Assembly (NCBI GenBank): GCA_038087875.1
Contig: CM075988.1
Location: forward strand, 6,200,001 to 6,264,000
Reading direction: 5' to 3'
Length of the DNA: 64,000 nucleotides
DNA from: Malacoraja senta
Taxonomy: Eukaryota
Shown: one piece after another, positions 34,486-48,050 of the stretch
Numbering within the stretch: the first letter of the stretch is position 1
Layout of the letters: every line of letters starts with the position of its first letter
Notes under the pieces: generated by a model
What the model saw: only the letters and a program-made list of their open reading frames with translations
What the model was told of the DNA's origin: nothing
Database searches by the model: none
Program-made: the position numbers and the translations under genes

Positions 34486-36119
34486 CTCCTTTCTGCAGCC
34501 CAGTTCAAAGGAGAAGAAGAGTTGCCAAAGATAGTAGTGAACTTGAAAAGTTGGAAGCATTTATAACTCAGCGGAGGAGGGCAGCGCACTGACTAGGAAA
34601 GGGAACGTCGAACATAAGACCAGGGAATTAAGACACATAAACACAAATTGTAAGGATGTGTAGGAGGAAACTGCAGATGCTGGTTTACACTGAAGATAGA
34701 TACAAAATGCTCGAGTAACTCTGCGGGACAGGCAGCATCTCTGGATAGAAGGAATGGGTGACGTTTCGGAAACGTCAAAAAGTCTACTTTTGCAAGAAAG
34801 TCTACAGATATATAAAGGGGAAAAGTTTAGCATGCGTTACTATGGATCCCTTACAGACTGAACATGCTATATTGGAGAATGAAGAACTGGCAACAAATGT
34901 AAATACTTCTTTTATGATGGTCTTCACAAAATAAGATCATGTGATCATAAGATCCTAAGACATGGGAGCAGAATTAGGCCATCTCCCCCATTAAGTCTGC
35001 TCTACTAATAAATCATGGCTGATCTATTTTTCATTCTCAACTCCATTCCCCTGCCATCTTCCCATAACCTTTGAGGCTCTTACTGATCAAGAACCTATCA
35101 ACCTCCACTTTGAAAATACCCAATGACTTGGACTCCACAGACATCTGTAGCAATGAATTCCACATTCACCACCCTATGGCTAAAGAAATTCCTCCTCATC
35201 TACATTGCAAAGGTATGTCCTTTTAGAAGAATATCCTGGTCATAAGCAAGGGAACTGAATAAGCAAGTGCTCATAGAAATTTCAACAGGTGAAAAAACGC
35301 TATTGGAGAAGGGAGTGGTTCTGAAAGTTGATGAAGCTCGAGCACTTGATGAACTGCATCTAAATCTTTGAAGGAGATGGTTGATGGAGATCGTGAACGC
35401 ACTGATGGTCATTTCCCCGAATTCCAGTTCAGTCTGAAGAAGACTCTCGACCCGAAACGTCACCCATTCCTTCTCTCCAGGGATGCTGCCTGTCCCGCTG
35501 AGTTTCTCCAGCATTTTGTGTCTATTCCCGAATTCCATAGTTTATTCCCATGTTTTGGAAGAGAGCAATCATAGTCCCAATCCTTAAGATTGGTGGGAGA
35601 GAGAATGCATGACAGACCAGTTAACTCGACATCAGTAGCAGGTAAAATGCTGGAAACTATTACTATAGAAGTGGTTGCAAGGCACTTGAAAAATAATAAC
35701 AATATTGGGCAGAGTCAACTGGGATTTACAACTTGGAAATCATATTTGGCAAATGTGTTGGTGTAATTTGAAGCAGTAATTAGCAGAAAGGCTCAGGTGA
35801 ATGAGAGGTGATGGTATTTGGACTTTAGAAGATATTATAAAAATGTCATGTGTCATGTATTTTGTGTTGGCAGATCAATTTCGCTCTTGGGATAAATAAA
35901 GTTCTATGGTATCATATCGTATTATTAAATAAAATGAGACCAACCAGGTTGTGGGGCAGTAATATATAGACAATCCCCAACTTATGTAATAGGTGATTGA
36001 CGTAAACTCACACTTACCTAAACAATTCTCTAAGTCCACTACTTTATTTCCAAGTTGCGTGACTTGGTACTACCATCACATGTTGCCATTTCAACAAGCC
36101 AGTACCCTGTTCACATGGA

Positions 36120-36330
36120 TGCGTTCCCCGTAGTCTCCACATCGGAGTTCCCCCATCGTCTGCACGTCGGAGCTCCCCCCCGTGGTCTCCATGTCAGAGA
36201 TCCCCTGTGCTCTCCATGTTGAAGCTCGCCCAAGGTCTCCACACTGGAGCTCCCTCGTGGTCTGCACATCGTCGTTCCCCCCGTGGTCTCCAGGTCAGAG
36301 CTCCCCCGTGGTATCCAAATCGAAGCTCCC
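36120..36330. repeat. ~25-bp GC-rich minisatellite
   Basis: About 8 degenerate units of GGAGCTCCCCCGTGGTCTCCACATC. Confidence 0.75.
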
Positions 36331-36958
36331 AGATTTGAGTATAGGAGCAGGGAGGTTCTACTGCAGTTGTACAGGGTCTTGGTGAGACCACACCTGGAGT
36401 ATTGCGTACAGTTTTGGTCTCCAAATCTGAGGAAAGACATTCTTGCCATAGAGGGAGTACAGAGAAGGTTCACCAGATTGATTCCTGGGATGTCAGGACT
36501 TTCATATGAAGAAAGACTGGATAGACTCGGCTTGTACTCGCTAGAATTTAGAAGATTGAGGGGGGATCTTATAGAAACTTACAAAATTCTTAAGGGGTTG
36601 GACAGGCTAGATGCAGGAAGATTGTTCCCGATGTTGGGGAAGTCCAGGACAAGGGGTCACAGTTTAAGGATTAAGGGGAAATCCTTTAGGACCGAGATGA
36701 GAAAAACATTTTTCACACAGAGTGGTGAATCTCTGGAACTCTCTGCCACAGAAGGTAGTCGAGGCCAGTTCATTGGCTATATTTAAGAGGGAGTTAGATG
36801 TGGCCCTTGTGGCTAAAGGGATCAGGGGGTATGGAGAGAAGACAGGTACAGGATACTGAGTTGGATGATCAGCCATGATCATATTGAATGGCAGTGCAGG
36901 CTCGAAGGGCCGAATGGCCTACTCCTGCACCTATTTTCTATGTTTCTATGTTTCTATG
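36331..36958 (+). mobile_element. Young CR1 3' fragment
   Basis: [30 protein letters not shown]...RRLRGDLIETYKI and a (TTTCTATG)n tail. Confidence 0.95.
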
Positions 36959-37864
36959 TAGTTGAGGCAGGTACTATCATAATGTTTAAAAAATATTTGG
37001 ACAGGAACATGGATAGGAGAGGTTTAGAGGGATATGGGTCAAATGCAGGCGGGTGTAACTAGTGTAGATGGGGTATGTAGGTCAGCGTGGGCCTGTTTCC
37101 ACACTGTATGACTCTTTGACTCTCTATCTGCCCCTGCTGCACCACACCCTCCCACAATAAAGATTCACTCTGAGACCCTGGAAGGTGCCCACCACCTCTT
37201 TGGCACCAGTGCTCAGTGAAACACAGCGTGTCAGTACTGCCTTTGTCTGATGGATGAAAAGGATTTTGGAAGATACAACGGAATGTGATGTCCATAGACC
37301 ATCTGACCCATTGAAATAATGATCAACAGATTCCTCACACTACCTAGAGTCGCAAGCCCTAGCCTGCAGAGAGCCATCGATGAAGAAGAGATCATCAGAG
37401 GACAGAGAAGCAGAGAGTGGCCCTGGGAACATCTCCTCAGTTGAGGTCCTCTTGCTGCAAGTGACCTTGGACTTCATGCCTAACCGTGGGCAATAGTCTG
37501 ACTAGACCATCTAGCAGCTGCGAATAACAAGCCCTCTGGAGCAGACAAAACCCCACCAGAAGCACTAAAACCTGGCAGAGAAATACGACTGGTGCAAGCC
37601 CATGACCTCACCTCCTTCATTTGGGAAGAGGGGAGATGCCAAGGGGCTCTCAGCGGTATTGTAAGCCCAAGCACAATACTGTAACAGAGTCTGCAGGCAT
37701 GATTAACAGGGGAAAGATCTAATCCTCTCTGCCCTGGCCAAGTTTATGGTCATTACTTTAAGGAGCCATGAATGTCAGGTCCTGTGGTTTGCGGGTGTAA
37801 GTAGGAATAAATTGATCCCAATTATGAATCAAGAAATGTGGAAAGTTAAATTCAAACTGGTTAA

Positions 37865-38305
37865 AGGAAGAAACAAAGAACTCCAGATGCTGGTTTATAC
37901 CAATGGTAGACACAAAGTGCTGGAGTAAGTCGACGGGTCAGGCAGCATCTCCTGAGAAAAAGCATGGGTGATGTTTTGGGTCGGGACCTTTCTTCAGACT
38001 GAAAGTGGAGGCTGGGGGGCAGGGGGAATCAAGAGCAGGAAGCAGGAGAAAACCAGGACCAAACAAGGTCAGGCTTATTTGACCTCAGGCAGAACGGTGC
38101 CTGGTGGGCCCATTGTTGGCCAGGGAAAGTGTGATCTCAAGGGGGAAACAATGTGGAGAAGTGTGGAACTGGTAAAGTGAGTAGGGTGGAGGAAGAGGGC
38201 AAGGGGGGAGTGGAGAGTGGAGAATGGTAAGAAGAAGTTACTTAAATTTAGAGAATTCTCTGTTCATACCGCTGGGTTGTAAGCTCCCCAAGCTAAATAG
38301 AAGGT
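37865..38305 (-). mobile_element. Penelope-like element 3' end (GIY-YIG C-terminal remnant, UTR and hammerhead core)
   Basis: LLFSLGSLQPSGMNREFSKFK* followed by a pyrimidine-rich UTR and CTGAAGAAAGGTCCCGACCC. Confidence 0.8.
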
Positions 38306-38585
38306 TGGAACGTCTCTGAGAAAATGGTGGCCCCAATGGATTGGCACAACGTTTTGAAGAGAAGTCATTGGGCACATTGTCAGAGTGATTGAAAGGACAG
38401 ATGCCAAGAATGGTTGCATTATGAAGATCTTCAATCTCAAAAGTCATACTCTGATGTAAGGTTTAGTTTAGTTTGGAGATACAGCACGGAAACAGACCCT
38501 TCAGCCTATTAAATGTATGCTGACCATTGATCACCTGTTCACACTAGTTCTATGTTATCACACTAAGGTGTTCTCATTAATGTTA

Positions 38586-39137
38586 AGGGGCTGTCCCACT
38601 TGGGCGACCTAATTGCCGAGTTTAGAAGAGTTTTAAAAAATGACATGTTGAAGACCTCCTTCGACTATGTAGAAGCCCTCCTTCGACTATGTTGAAGACC
38701 AGCTTCGACTAGCTATGACTAACGTCTGGAAATTTGGACACCGAATAGTGGAGAGTGAAGACTACCTCCTTCGATCTCCTTCGACCTCCCTTCGACCTCT
38801 CTTCGACTATGATGAAGACTATCTACGACTACCTTCGACTACCCTCGATTACCTATGACTAACATGCCGACCTACTACGACCTACTATGATATAACCTAC
38901 GAGTAAAAAAAGTATTGAATTTTTCCATGGCGACCTTTTTTCACTCACGGCATTTTTTAACATATTGAAAATAACGGCGCGACCTAGCTGAGGCCGCGAG
39001 TACGCGGAGACCACTCTCGAGCATGAAGGAGAGTTACAAAGACCTCCTACTACCTCATGTCGACCATGCTGCGAGTTTGAGTCGAGGACAAACTTGCCAG
39101 AACTCGCGGAATAGATCGCCCAAGTGGGACAGGCCCT
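38586..39137. mobile_element. PIF/Harbinger-type non-autonomous DNA transposon (552 bp)
   Basis: TIR AGGG(G/C)CTGTCCCACTTGGGCGA, TTA TSD on both sides, many internal CTTCGAC/CTACGAC repeats. Confidence 0.9.
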
Positions 39138-40629
39138 TTAATTTTGGCCCTCTCTCCACCGATTGCCGATACATTTCATATTTGTTTTTTATGTTCAGCT
39201 TTCCGACTTGAATTAGTACCAACAGCTGTGTATTCAGCGTCATATATTTCTCCTGAACCCCACTTGGCAAGTAGGCTGTCGTTTGTGCCAAGCTTGTCCT
39301 CAGTCTCCGGACTAGAATATGTGATGTGTTGGTCCGTAGGATCACAGTTCTGAGAATCTGTTCATAGAACTGAGACGTTCTCTTAAATTACATTTTGCCG
39401 CAGTTCAGTCTAATGTCAATTTATTTGCTCAGAGTGCTGAACCACTAATCACTATGCAGTCTTTCCAAGTAATCACATAAACTAAAGATTACAATATCAA
39501 CTCAAGTTTTGAAACAAGTATGGGTAATATCCAAATTTATGAACTCTGCAAGGATTACAAAACAAAGGGTATAATTTTTAGATCATAAATGTCACAGCAT
39601 GCAAATTAACACTGTTGAAGCATTTCTTCAATGAGCTGTTAAATGTACTGTAAAAAGGAAAGTCAACTTACTCAGGAGAAATGGTTTATGTAGAAAAAAA
39701 CATAGAGCGCTGGAGTAACTCAGCGGGTTAGGCTGTATCTCTGGAGAACATGGATAGGTGACGTTACAGGTCTGGACCCTTCTGCAGATTTATCAAATCT
39801 GAACGGACTCAAAACGTCACCCACCCATGTTCCCCAGAGTTGTTAGACTCGTTGAGTTACTCAAGCACTTTGTGTCTTTTTTTGTAAACCAACATCTGCA
39901 ATTCCTTGTTTCAATATTAAAATTGTTGCCTAAAATGGTCACTCAGTAAGAAATAAAAGATGCCTCAATAATATAAACTGGCATCCATCCTAATGAGATT
40001 TGAGGAAAACGTCACTTATACTGTGAGAATCATTGGACATTCTGGATAATTGGTATTGAAGCCATGCAGATATTCTGGTCATTGCATACCCTGCACATTG
40101 GAGAGTCCAGGCAATCGGTTTTGGGGTTATAACATGCTTGTTATTGAATATTCTATACCTTGAGTGCTCCAGGCACATGGTTTTAAGGTTATCTCAAGAC
40201 TTCTATATTCTGGTCATTGGTTATGGTGGCCACTCAATGTTCTTTATTTCAGGAGGGTTATACTTGCATTGGAGGGAGCTCACGGAGGTTCACTCTGTTG
40301 ATTCCTGAGATGAAGGAGTGTATTTATGAGCGTTTATCTTATTGAAAGATATGAGAGTCTGAGGAGGAGCGGTAGGGTGAATGCTGAGAGGATCTATCAC
40401 GTTTGGAGGGAAATCCAGAACCAGAGGACATAGATTTACAGTAAGAGTTCCACCCATTTAAGATGGAGATGACCACTATCAGAAGGTGGTTTATTTTGGA
40501 AGTCTCTACCCTGGAGAGCTGTGGTGGCCAAATCATTGAATGCATTCAAGGGCAGGAAATAGTCTTGACCTGTAGGGAGGGTCAATGATTATTGGAACAG
40601 GCAGGCCAGTGGATATTCTGCTATTTGAA

Positions 40630-40900
40630 CACAATGGCCATTGGATGTTACAGTCATGGAATAGTCTGGTCATTGGGTGGTCTGCTGATTAGATGGACCC
40701 ATCATTGGATGGTCTGACCATGGGATAATTTGGTATCGGATAGTATAATTTTGTCATCGGATGGTCTGACGATGGAATTAACTGGCCATTGGATGGTCTG
40801 TTCATGGGATGTCTGGTCATTGGGTGGTCTGGTCATTGGGTAGTCTATTAATGGGATGGTCTGACCATAAGATAGTCTGTCCATGGGATAATTCAGTTAT
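40630..40900. repeat. Degenerate minisatellite (TGGTCATTGGATGGTCTGACCATGGGAT-like)
   Basis: Recurrent ATTGGATGGTCTG and CATGGGAT units. Confidence 0.6.
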
Positions 40901-41654
40901 TGTACAGTCAAGAAACTGGACATTCTCATCACCAAGCAGAGCAAGAGCCCTTGCTTCCATATCCACCACTACTCCCTGGCCATCTGCACTGTCCTTGTAA
41001 GATTGATACTCGTTCATTTCATTCCATCTCCAGCCTGTAATCCCAAACATCCATCTCGACTGCCACTTCTCTTGTGGAAAAATGACTGCCTTTCTAAATC
41101 TGCTGTGAAAATAACCACCATGCTCCAACGCCTTCAATCTTCCACAATCTCTTACTGGTTTTCTGCAGAAAATCTTACTTTTGGCTTCTACCCATAATTT
41201 AGCGCATTACCTCATAGAGAAAGCTGGAAATGACAGCCTGGAGAATAACAGCCATACTTTTGCCTCCTCTGGAACTACATGCCCTGTCATTATCTTTCCT
41301 TTCCTATTACTGCCGTTCCTGCAGGAATCACAGTGCCTGTTTTATTTGGAGATCTTTAGACTTTACTAGCTACTCTTTGCAATAACTTTGGATCCAAGGC
41401 AATGATTTCCACACTGAGTGTGATTAATAGACGAAAGTGTGGAGAGAGAAACAGAGTTAATTGTTCAGTCATAGAGAATCACAGAGTGATACAGCGTGGA
41501 AACAAGCCCTTTGGCCCAACTTCCCACACCAGCCAGCATACCCCAGCTCTACTGGTCTCATCTGCCTGTGTTTGGCCCATATCCCTACAAACCTGTCCTA
41601 TCCATATACCTTAAACAGTGGGATAGTCCCAGCCTCAACTACCTCATCTGACAG

Positions 41655-42201
41655 ACCGGCCCTATTACTCAGAAGGGTAGGGAAAAGAAGAGGAGGGCAA
41701 TAGTAATAGGGGACTATGGTTAGGGGGTCGGATAGGCGATTCTGTGGACGCAGTCAGGAGACCCGGATGGTAGTGTGCCTCCCTGGTGCCAGGGTCAGGG
41801 ATGTGTCTGAACATGTCCAAGAGATCCTGAAATCGGAGGGAGAGGAGCCTGAGGTTGTGGTACATATAGGTACCAATGACATAGGCAGAAAAAGAGAAGA
41901 GGCCCTGAAAGGAGAATTTAGGGAGTTGGGAGGAGAGTTAAGGAGAACGTCCGCAAAGGTAACAATCTCAGGATTACTACCTGTGCCACGCGACAGTGAG
42001 AGCAGGAACGAAATGAGGTGGAGGATAAATGCGTGGCTGAGGAACTGGTGCAGCGAGCAGGGATTCAAATTTCTGGATCATTGGGACCTCTTTTGGGGAA
42101 GGTGTGACCTGTATAGAAAGGACGGGTTGCACTTGAACCCGAGGGGAACCAATATCCTGGCGGGGAGATTTGCAAAGGCTACTGGGGAGACTTTAAACTA
42201 G
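41655..42201 (+). pseudogene. CR1 ORF1 SGNH/GDSL esterase domain, frameshifted at the catalytic Ser
   Basis: RAIVIGD followed by a frameshift at 41715, then CLPGARV, VVHIGTND and KDGLHLN blocks. Confidence 0.9.
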
Positions 42202-42206
42202 AACGG

Positions 42207-45200
42207 TTGGGGGGAGGGACTCAAATAGAGAAAGATGGTAGAAAAGGTGGGAGGCAGGAGGCAGAGAAGGGAAGCACTCGGACCCAAAATGTAGGGGAGA
42301 AAGAAGAAAAAGATAATAAACAGAGAATAAGTGGTGGTGGGTTTCTTAAATGTGTATATTTTAATGCTAGGAGCATTGTAAGAAAGGTGGATGAGCTTAG
42401 AGTCTGGATTGACACCTGGAAGTATGATGTTGTGGTGATCAGTGAAACATGGTTGCAGGAGGGCTGTGATTGGAAACTAAATATTCCAGGATTTCGTTGC
42501 TTCAGGGGTGATAGAATTGGAGGGGCAAGAGGTGGGGGTGTTGCATTGCTTGTCAAGGAAGATATTACAGCAGTGCTTTGGCAGGATAGATTAGAGGGCT
42601 CGTCTAGGGAGGCTATTTGGGTGGAGCTGAGAAATGGGAAAGGTGTAGCAACACTTATAGGTGTGTATTATAGACCGCCAAATGGGGAGCGAGAATTGGA
42701 AGAGCAAATATGTAAGGAGATAGCAGATATTAGTAGTAAGCACAAGGTAGTGATTGTGGGAGATTTCAATTTTCCACACATAGACTGGGAAACACATTCT
42801 GTAAATGGGCTGGATGGTTTGGAGTTTGTAAAATGTGTGCAGGATAGTTTTTTGCAGCAATACATAGAGGTACCTACTAGAGAAGGGGCAGTGCTGGACC
42901 TCCTGTTAGCAAATGAGACTGGGCAGGTGGCGGAGGTATGCGTTGGGGAGCACTTCGGGTCCAGTGATCACAATACCATTAGTTTCAATATAATTATGGA
43001 GAGGGTCAGAACTGGACCTAGGGTTGAGATTTTTGATTGGAGAAAGGCTAACTTTGAGGAGATGCGAAAGGATTTAAAAGGAGTGAATTGGGACATGTTG
43101 TTTTATGGGAAGGATGTAGAAGAGAAATGGTGGACATTTAAAGGTGAAATTTTAAGAGTACAGAATCTTTATGTACCTGTTCGGTTGAAAGGAAATAGTA
43201 AAAATTGGAAAGAGCCATGGTTTTCAAGGGAAATTGGACACTTGGTTCGGAAAAAGAGAGAGATCTACAATAATTATAGGCAGCATGGAGTAAATGTGGT
43301 GCTTGAGGAGTATAAAGAATGTAAATAGAATATTAAGAAAGAAATTAGAAAAGCTAAAAGAAGATATGAGGTTGCTTTGGCAAGTAAGGTGAAAGTAAAT
43401 CCAAAGGGTTTCTACAGCTATATTAATAGCAAAAGGATAACAAGGAATAAAATTGGTCCATTAGAGAGTCAGAGTGGACAGCTATCTGCAGAGCCAAAAG
43501 AGATGGGGGAGATACTGAACAATTTCTTTTCTTCGGTATTCACCAAGGAGAAGGATATGGAATTATGTGAGGTAAGGGAAACAAGCAGAGTAGCAATGGA
43601 AACTATGAGATTCAAAGAAGAGGAGGTGCGGACACTTTTGAAAAAGATGAAAACGGATAAGTCTCCAGGTCCTGACAGGATATTCCCGAGGATATTGAGG
43701 GAAGTTAGTGTAGAAATAGCAGGGGCTATGACAGAAATATTTCAAATGTCATTGGAAACGGGAATAGTGCCGGAGGATTGGCGTACTGCGCATGTTGTTC
43801 CGTTGTTTAAAAAGGGTTCTAAGAGTAAACCTAGCAATTATAGAACTGTTACTTTGACGTCAGTGGTGGGCAAATTAATGGAAAGGATACTTAAAGATAA
43901 TATATATAAGCATCTGGATAAGATAGATAGATAGATAGATAAACATTTATTGTCACATACACCAATAGGTGCAGTGAAATTTGACTTGCCAATGCAGCAC
44001 ACAAATAAAGATTACATCCAAGAATTTAACAACATAAAAACATCCCCCCACAATGGTTCCCACTGTGCGGGAAGGCAGCAAAGTCCAGTCCCATCCCCAG
44101 TTCACCCATAGTCGGGGCAGGGTCTGATTAGGAACAGTCAACATGGATTTGTGCCTAGAAGGTCATGTTTGACTAATCTTCTAGAATTTTTCGAAGAGGT
44201 TACTAGGGAAATTGATGAGGGTAAAGCAGTGGATGTTGTCTATATGGACTTCAGTAAGGCCTTTGACAAGGTTCCTCATGGAAGGTTGGTTAAGAAGATT
44301 CAATTGTTGGGTATTAATGGTGGAGTAGCAAGATGGATTCAACAGTGGCTGAATGGGAGATGCCAGAGAGTAATGGTGGATGGCTGTTTGTCAGGTTGGA
44401 GGCCGGTGAATAGTGGGGTGCCTCAGGGGTCTGTGTTGGGTCCACTGTTGTTTGTCATGTACATCAATGATCTGGATGATGGTGTGGAAAATTGGATTAG
44501 TAAGTATGCAGATGATACTAAGATAGGTGGTGTGGTGGATAATGAAGTAGATTTTCAAAGTCTACAGAGAGATTTAGGCCATTTGGAAGAGTGGGCTGAA
44601 AGATGGCAGATGGAGTTTAATGCTGATAAATGTGAGGTACTACATCTCGGCAGGACAAATCAAAATAGGACGTACATGGTAAATGGTAGAGAATTGAGGA
44701 ATGCAGTTGAACAGAGGGATCTAGGAATAACTGTGCATAGTTCCCTGAAGGTGGAATCTCATGTAGATAGGGTGGTAAAGAAAGCTTTTGGGGTGCTGGC
44801 CTTTATAAATCAGAGCATTGAATATAGAAGTTGGGATGTAATGTTAAAATTGTACAAGGCATTGGTGAGGCCAATTCTGGAGTATGGAGTACAATTTTGG
44901 TCGCCTAATTATAGGAAGGATGTCAACAAAATAGAGAGAGTACAGTGGAGATTTATTAGAATGTTGCCTGGGTTTCAGCAACTAAGTTACAGAGAAAGGT
45001 TGAACAAGTTAGGTCTTTATTCTTTGGAGCGCAGAAGGTTAAGAGGGGACTTGATAGAGGTCTTTAAAATTATGAGCGGGTTAGACAGAGTTGACGTGGA
45101 TAAGCTTTTTCCATTGAGAGTAGGGAAGATTCAAACAAGGGGACATGACTTGAGAATTAAGGGACAGAAGTTTAGGGGTAACATTAGGGGGGACTTCTTT

Positions 45201-45365
45201 ACTCAGAGAGTGGTAGCTGTGTGGAATGAGCTTCCAGTGGAAGTTGTGGAGGCTGGTTCGATTTTATCCTTTAAAAATAGATTGGATGGGTATATGGATG
45301 GGAAAGGAATGGAGGGTTATGGTCTGAGTGCAGGTAGATGGGACAAGGGGGAAGTATTTATTTAA
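42207..45365 (+). pseudogene. CR1 ORF2 (APE endonuclease + reverse transcriptase) with one nonsense codon and one 195-bp insertion
   Basis: YFNARS, ISETW, GVYYRPP, VGDFN, SDH; KSPGPD, QHGF, YMDFSKAFD, GVPQGSVLGP, YADD. TAG at 43326-43328 and an insertion at 43923-44117. Confidence 0.95.
43923..44117 (-). mobile_element. Short Rex-tailed retroposon 3' end with an (ATCT)n tail, inside CR1 ORF2
   Basis: Minus strand carries GCCTTCCCGCACAGTG and TGACAATAAATG followed by (TATC)n. Removing it restores KHLDK|QGLIRNSQHGF. Confidence 0.8.
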
Positions 45366-46958
45366 AAAAAAAAAAAAAAAAAAAAATTTAAATGTTCGGC
45401 ACGGACTTGAAGGGCCGAGATGGCCTGTTTCCATGCTGTAATGGTTATATGGTTATATGGTTGTTCCATACACCCACCACCCTTTGTGTAAAAAAGTTAC
45501 CCCTCAGATTCCTTTCAAATCTTTTCCCATTCACCTTAAACCTATGTCCTCTAGCCCTCGATTCACCCACTCTGGGCAAGAGACTCTACCTGATCAGGAG
45601 CATCTACTTGATCTATTCCTCTCATGATTTTATACACCACTATAAGATCACCCCTCATTCTCCTGTCCCAGCCAACTCAACCTGTCCCTAAAACTCAGAC
45701 CCTCCAGTCCTGGCAACATCCTTGTAAATCTTCTCTGTACACCTTCCAGCTTGACAACATCTTTCCTATAACATGGTGCCCAGAACTGAACACAATACTC
45801 TAAATGCAGCCTCACCAACGTCTTATACAACTGCAACATGACCTCCCAACTTCTATACTCAAACTTCAGGCCAGAGAATCTTAAGTAGGTCATTGACCTG
45901 AAATGTGAACTCTTTTCCTCTTTTCGCAGATGCTGCCTGACCCGCCGAGTATTTCCAGTATTTATACACTTTTGTTTCAGGTTTCCAGTATCTGCATTAT
46001 TTTTATTTTCGAGCTAAAGTGTGTGATGGATTCACTGCTAATTGTAATTCAAGAACTATCTAGCAGATATCCATCAATTGGATAAGCAGTAGGCAATTTT
46101 CAGGAAAGGTCTAGTTCAGGCTGAAACAACAGTGCTAGATCTGCATAAAGAACACCAGACAAATATGATTCAGAAAAAGTTTAAAAGACACGATAAAATA
46201 TAAATAATGACAAATATTTCAAGATATAATTTATTGATTTATCCTTCCCCCGAGGATTAAACCATTCGAGTAAAGGTCTATTCATAGCAAGAGTTTACAA
46301 GAGTATTTAATCAAACATGAGGTGTAGATATAATGGGTGCAGAAGTGTTGATTATTCAGAATTACCTTAAATCTAGAATGGATCCTGTGGATCAGAACGT
46401 AACAAACACAACCATAAAAGACAACACGGGGACTGGTTAGAACGACTTCACAAGATAGACTAGTCAAAGAAGCATTCCTTCAACAACTTTGAAACATTTT
46501 AATATGAGCTGGGTATTGTAAACATGAATTTACGAAAGGAAAATTATTTTTGACAAATCTTTTACATTTTGTGACCAGTTTTCTGGTCATATAAAGCGAG
46601 CTTGAAGAGTAAACTGTAAACAAATTCCAAACATCTGCAATGGAATTCAGGCAGGTTAAACAGATGGACATTAATATGCTTGTTGAGTATAATGTCGGGG
46701 AATTTATTTAATAAAATGTGTTTATTTTAAAAAGTGAAAGGCTGGGTAATGTTAGAATTCAGAGCGACCTGTGTGTCTTAGACTTCACAGCAAGTTAGAA
46801 TGCATGGAGTCATACAGCACGGGAGCAGGCCCTTCGGCCCAACTTGCCCATGTCGACCAAGGTGCCCCGTTTACATTAGTCCACGTTGGGCCAACATCCC
46901 TCTAAACCTTTGCTGTCCATGTACCTGTCCAAAATAATACAGACAAAGTAAATGATTG

Positions 46959-47292
46959 GGGCAGCACAGAGGCATAGTGGTAGAGCTGCTGCCTTACAGC
47001 ACCAGAGACATGGGTTCCATGCTTACTACGGGTGCTGTCTGTACGGAGTTTGTACGTTCTCCCTGTGACTGCGTGGGCTTTCTCCACACGCTCCGGTTTC
47101 CTCCTACACTCCAAAGACTTTTAGAGTTGTAGGTTAATTAGCTTTGATAAAATTGTAAATTGTCCCAATCGTGTAGGATATTGCTAGTATAGGGGGTGAT
47201 CACTGGTCGATGCGGACTCGGTGGGTCGAAGGGCACGATTCCATGCTGTATCTCTAAAGTCTAAAGTCTAAAGTAAAATCTTAAGTCTAAAG
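46959..47292 (+). mobile_element. V-SINE (HE1-like)
   Basis: A/B boxes, V-domain and (TCTAAAG)n tail. Confidence 0.88.
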
Positions 47293-47500
47293 TTTAAAAT
47301 CTGCCATCTTTGTGCTACCACAGGTGAGCTGGTCTAAATCTGTCCACATATATTCTTTTGGCGAACGAATGAGCTGGAATGAGAAGAATGAGGCAAGCCC
47401 ATGGATACACAACATACTTAAGGGTTGAAAGGGCTTGTTTTTCTGGATGTTTCTCCTTGATTTCCAACTGGGAATCACTGGCTCAGAATAAGCAATAAGC

Positions 47501-47818
47501 AGCCACGGTGGCACAGCGGTAGAGTTGCTGCCTTACAGCGCTTGAAGTGCCTGAGACCCGGGTTCAATCCTGACTACAGGTGCTGTCAGTACGGAGTTTG
47601 TATGTTCTCCCCGTGACCGCGTGGGCTTTCTCCGGGATCTTCGGCTTCCTCCCACACTCCAAAGGCGGACAGGTTTGTAGATTAATTGGCTTGGTGTATG
47701 TGTAAATTGGCCCTAGTGTGCGTAGGATAGTGTTAATGTGCGGGGATCGCTGGTCGGTGCGGACTCGGTGAGCCGAAGGGCCTCTTTCTGTGCTGTATCT
47801 CTAAAATAAAAACTAAAA
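47501..47818 (+). mobile_element. V-SINE (HE1-like)
   Basis: CACGGTGGCACAGCGGTAGAG head and GGTTCAATCC B box. Confidence 0.9.
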
Positions 47819-47828
47819 AAGTCAAAGT

Positions 47829-48050
47829 CCCTACGCACACTAGGGGCAATTTACATTTATACCAAGCCAATCAGCCTACAAACCTGTACGTCTTTGTAGT
47901 GTGGGAGAAAATCGGAGATCCCAGAGAAAACCCACACAGGTCACGGGGAGAATGTACAAACTCCGCACAGGCTGCAGCAGTAGTCAGGATCGAACCCGGG
48001 TCTCTGGCGCTGTGAGGCAGCAACTCTACCGCCACGTCACCTTGCCGCCC
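47829..48050 (-). mobile_element. V-SINE, tail-to-tail with the previous copy
   Basis: Minus-strand GGGCGGCAAGGTGACGTGGCGGTAGAG head and GGTTCGATCC B box. Confidence 0.88.

Larger units (their letters stand above)
41655..45460 (+). mobile_element. Near-complete CR1 LINE (5'-truncated within ORF1) inserted in an older minus-strand CR1
   Basis: ORF1 esterase, ORF2 APE-RT, 3' stem GGGCCGAGATGGCCTG and an (ATGGTTAT)n tail. The host CR1 resumes across ACTACCTCATCTGACAG|TTGTTCCATACACCC. Confidence 0.95.

Noticed and set aside
35965..36110. Possible Tigger/TcMar MITE end
   Set aside because: Only one degenerate TIR-like end is visible, with no matching partner or TA TSD pair.
40817..41137. Possible host exon (106-aa minus-strand ORF)
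   Set aside because: No recognisable domain or convincing splice sites, and it runs into a minisatellite.
41716..42201. Host GDSL lipase gene
   Set aside because: It is intronless, directly abuts an APE-RT ORF and is a typical CR1 ORF1 esterase.
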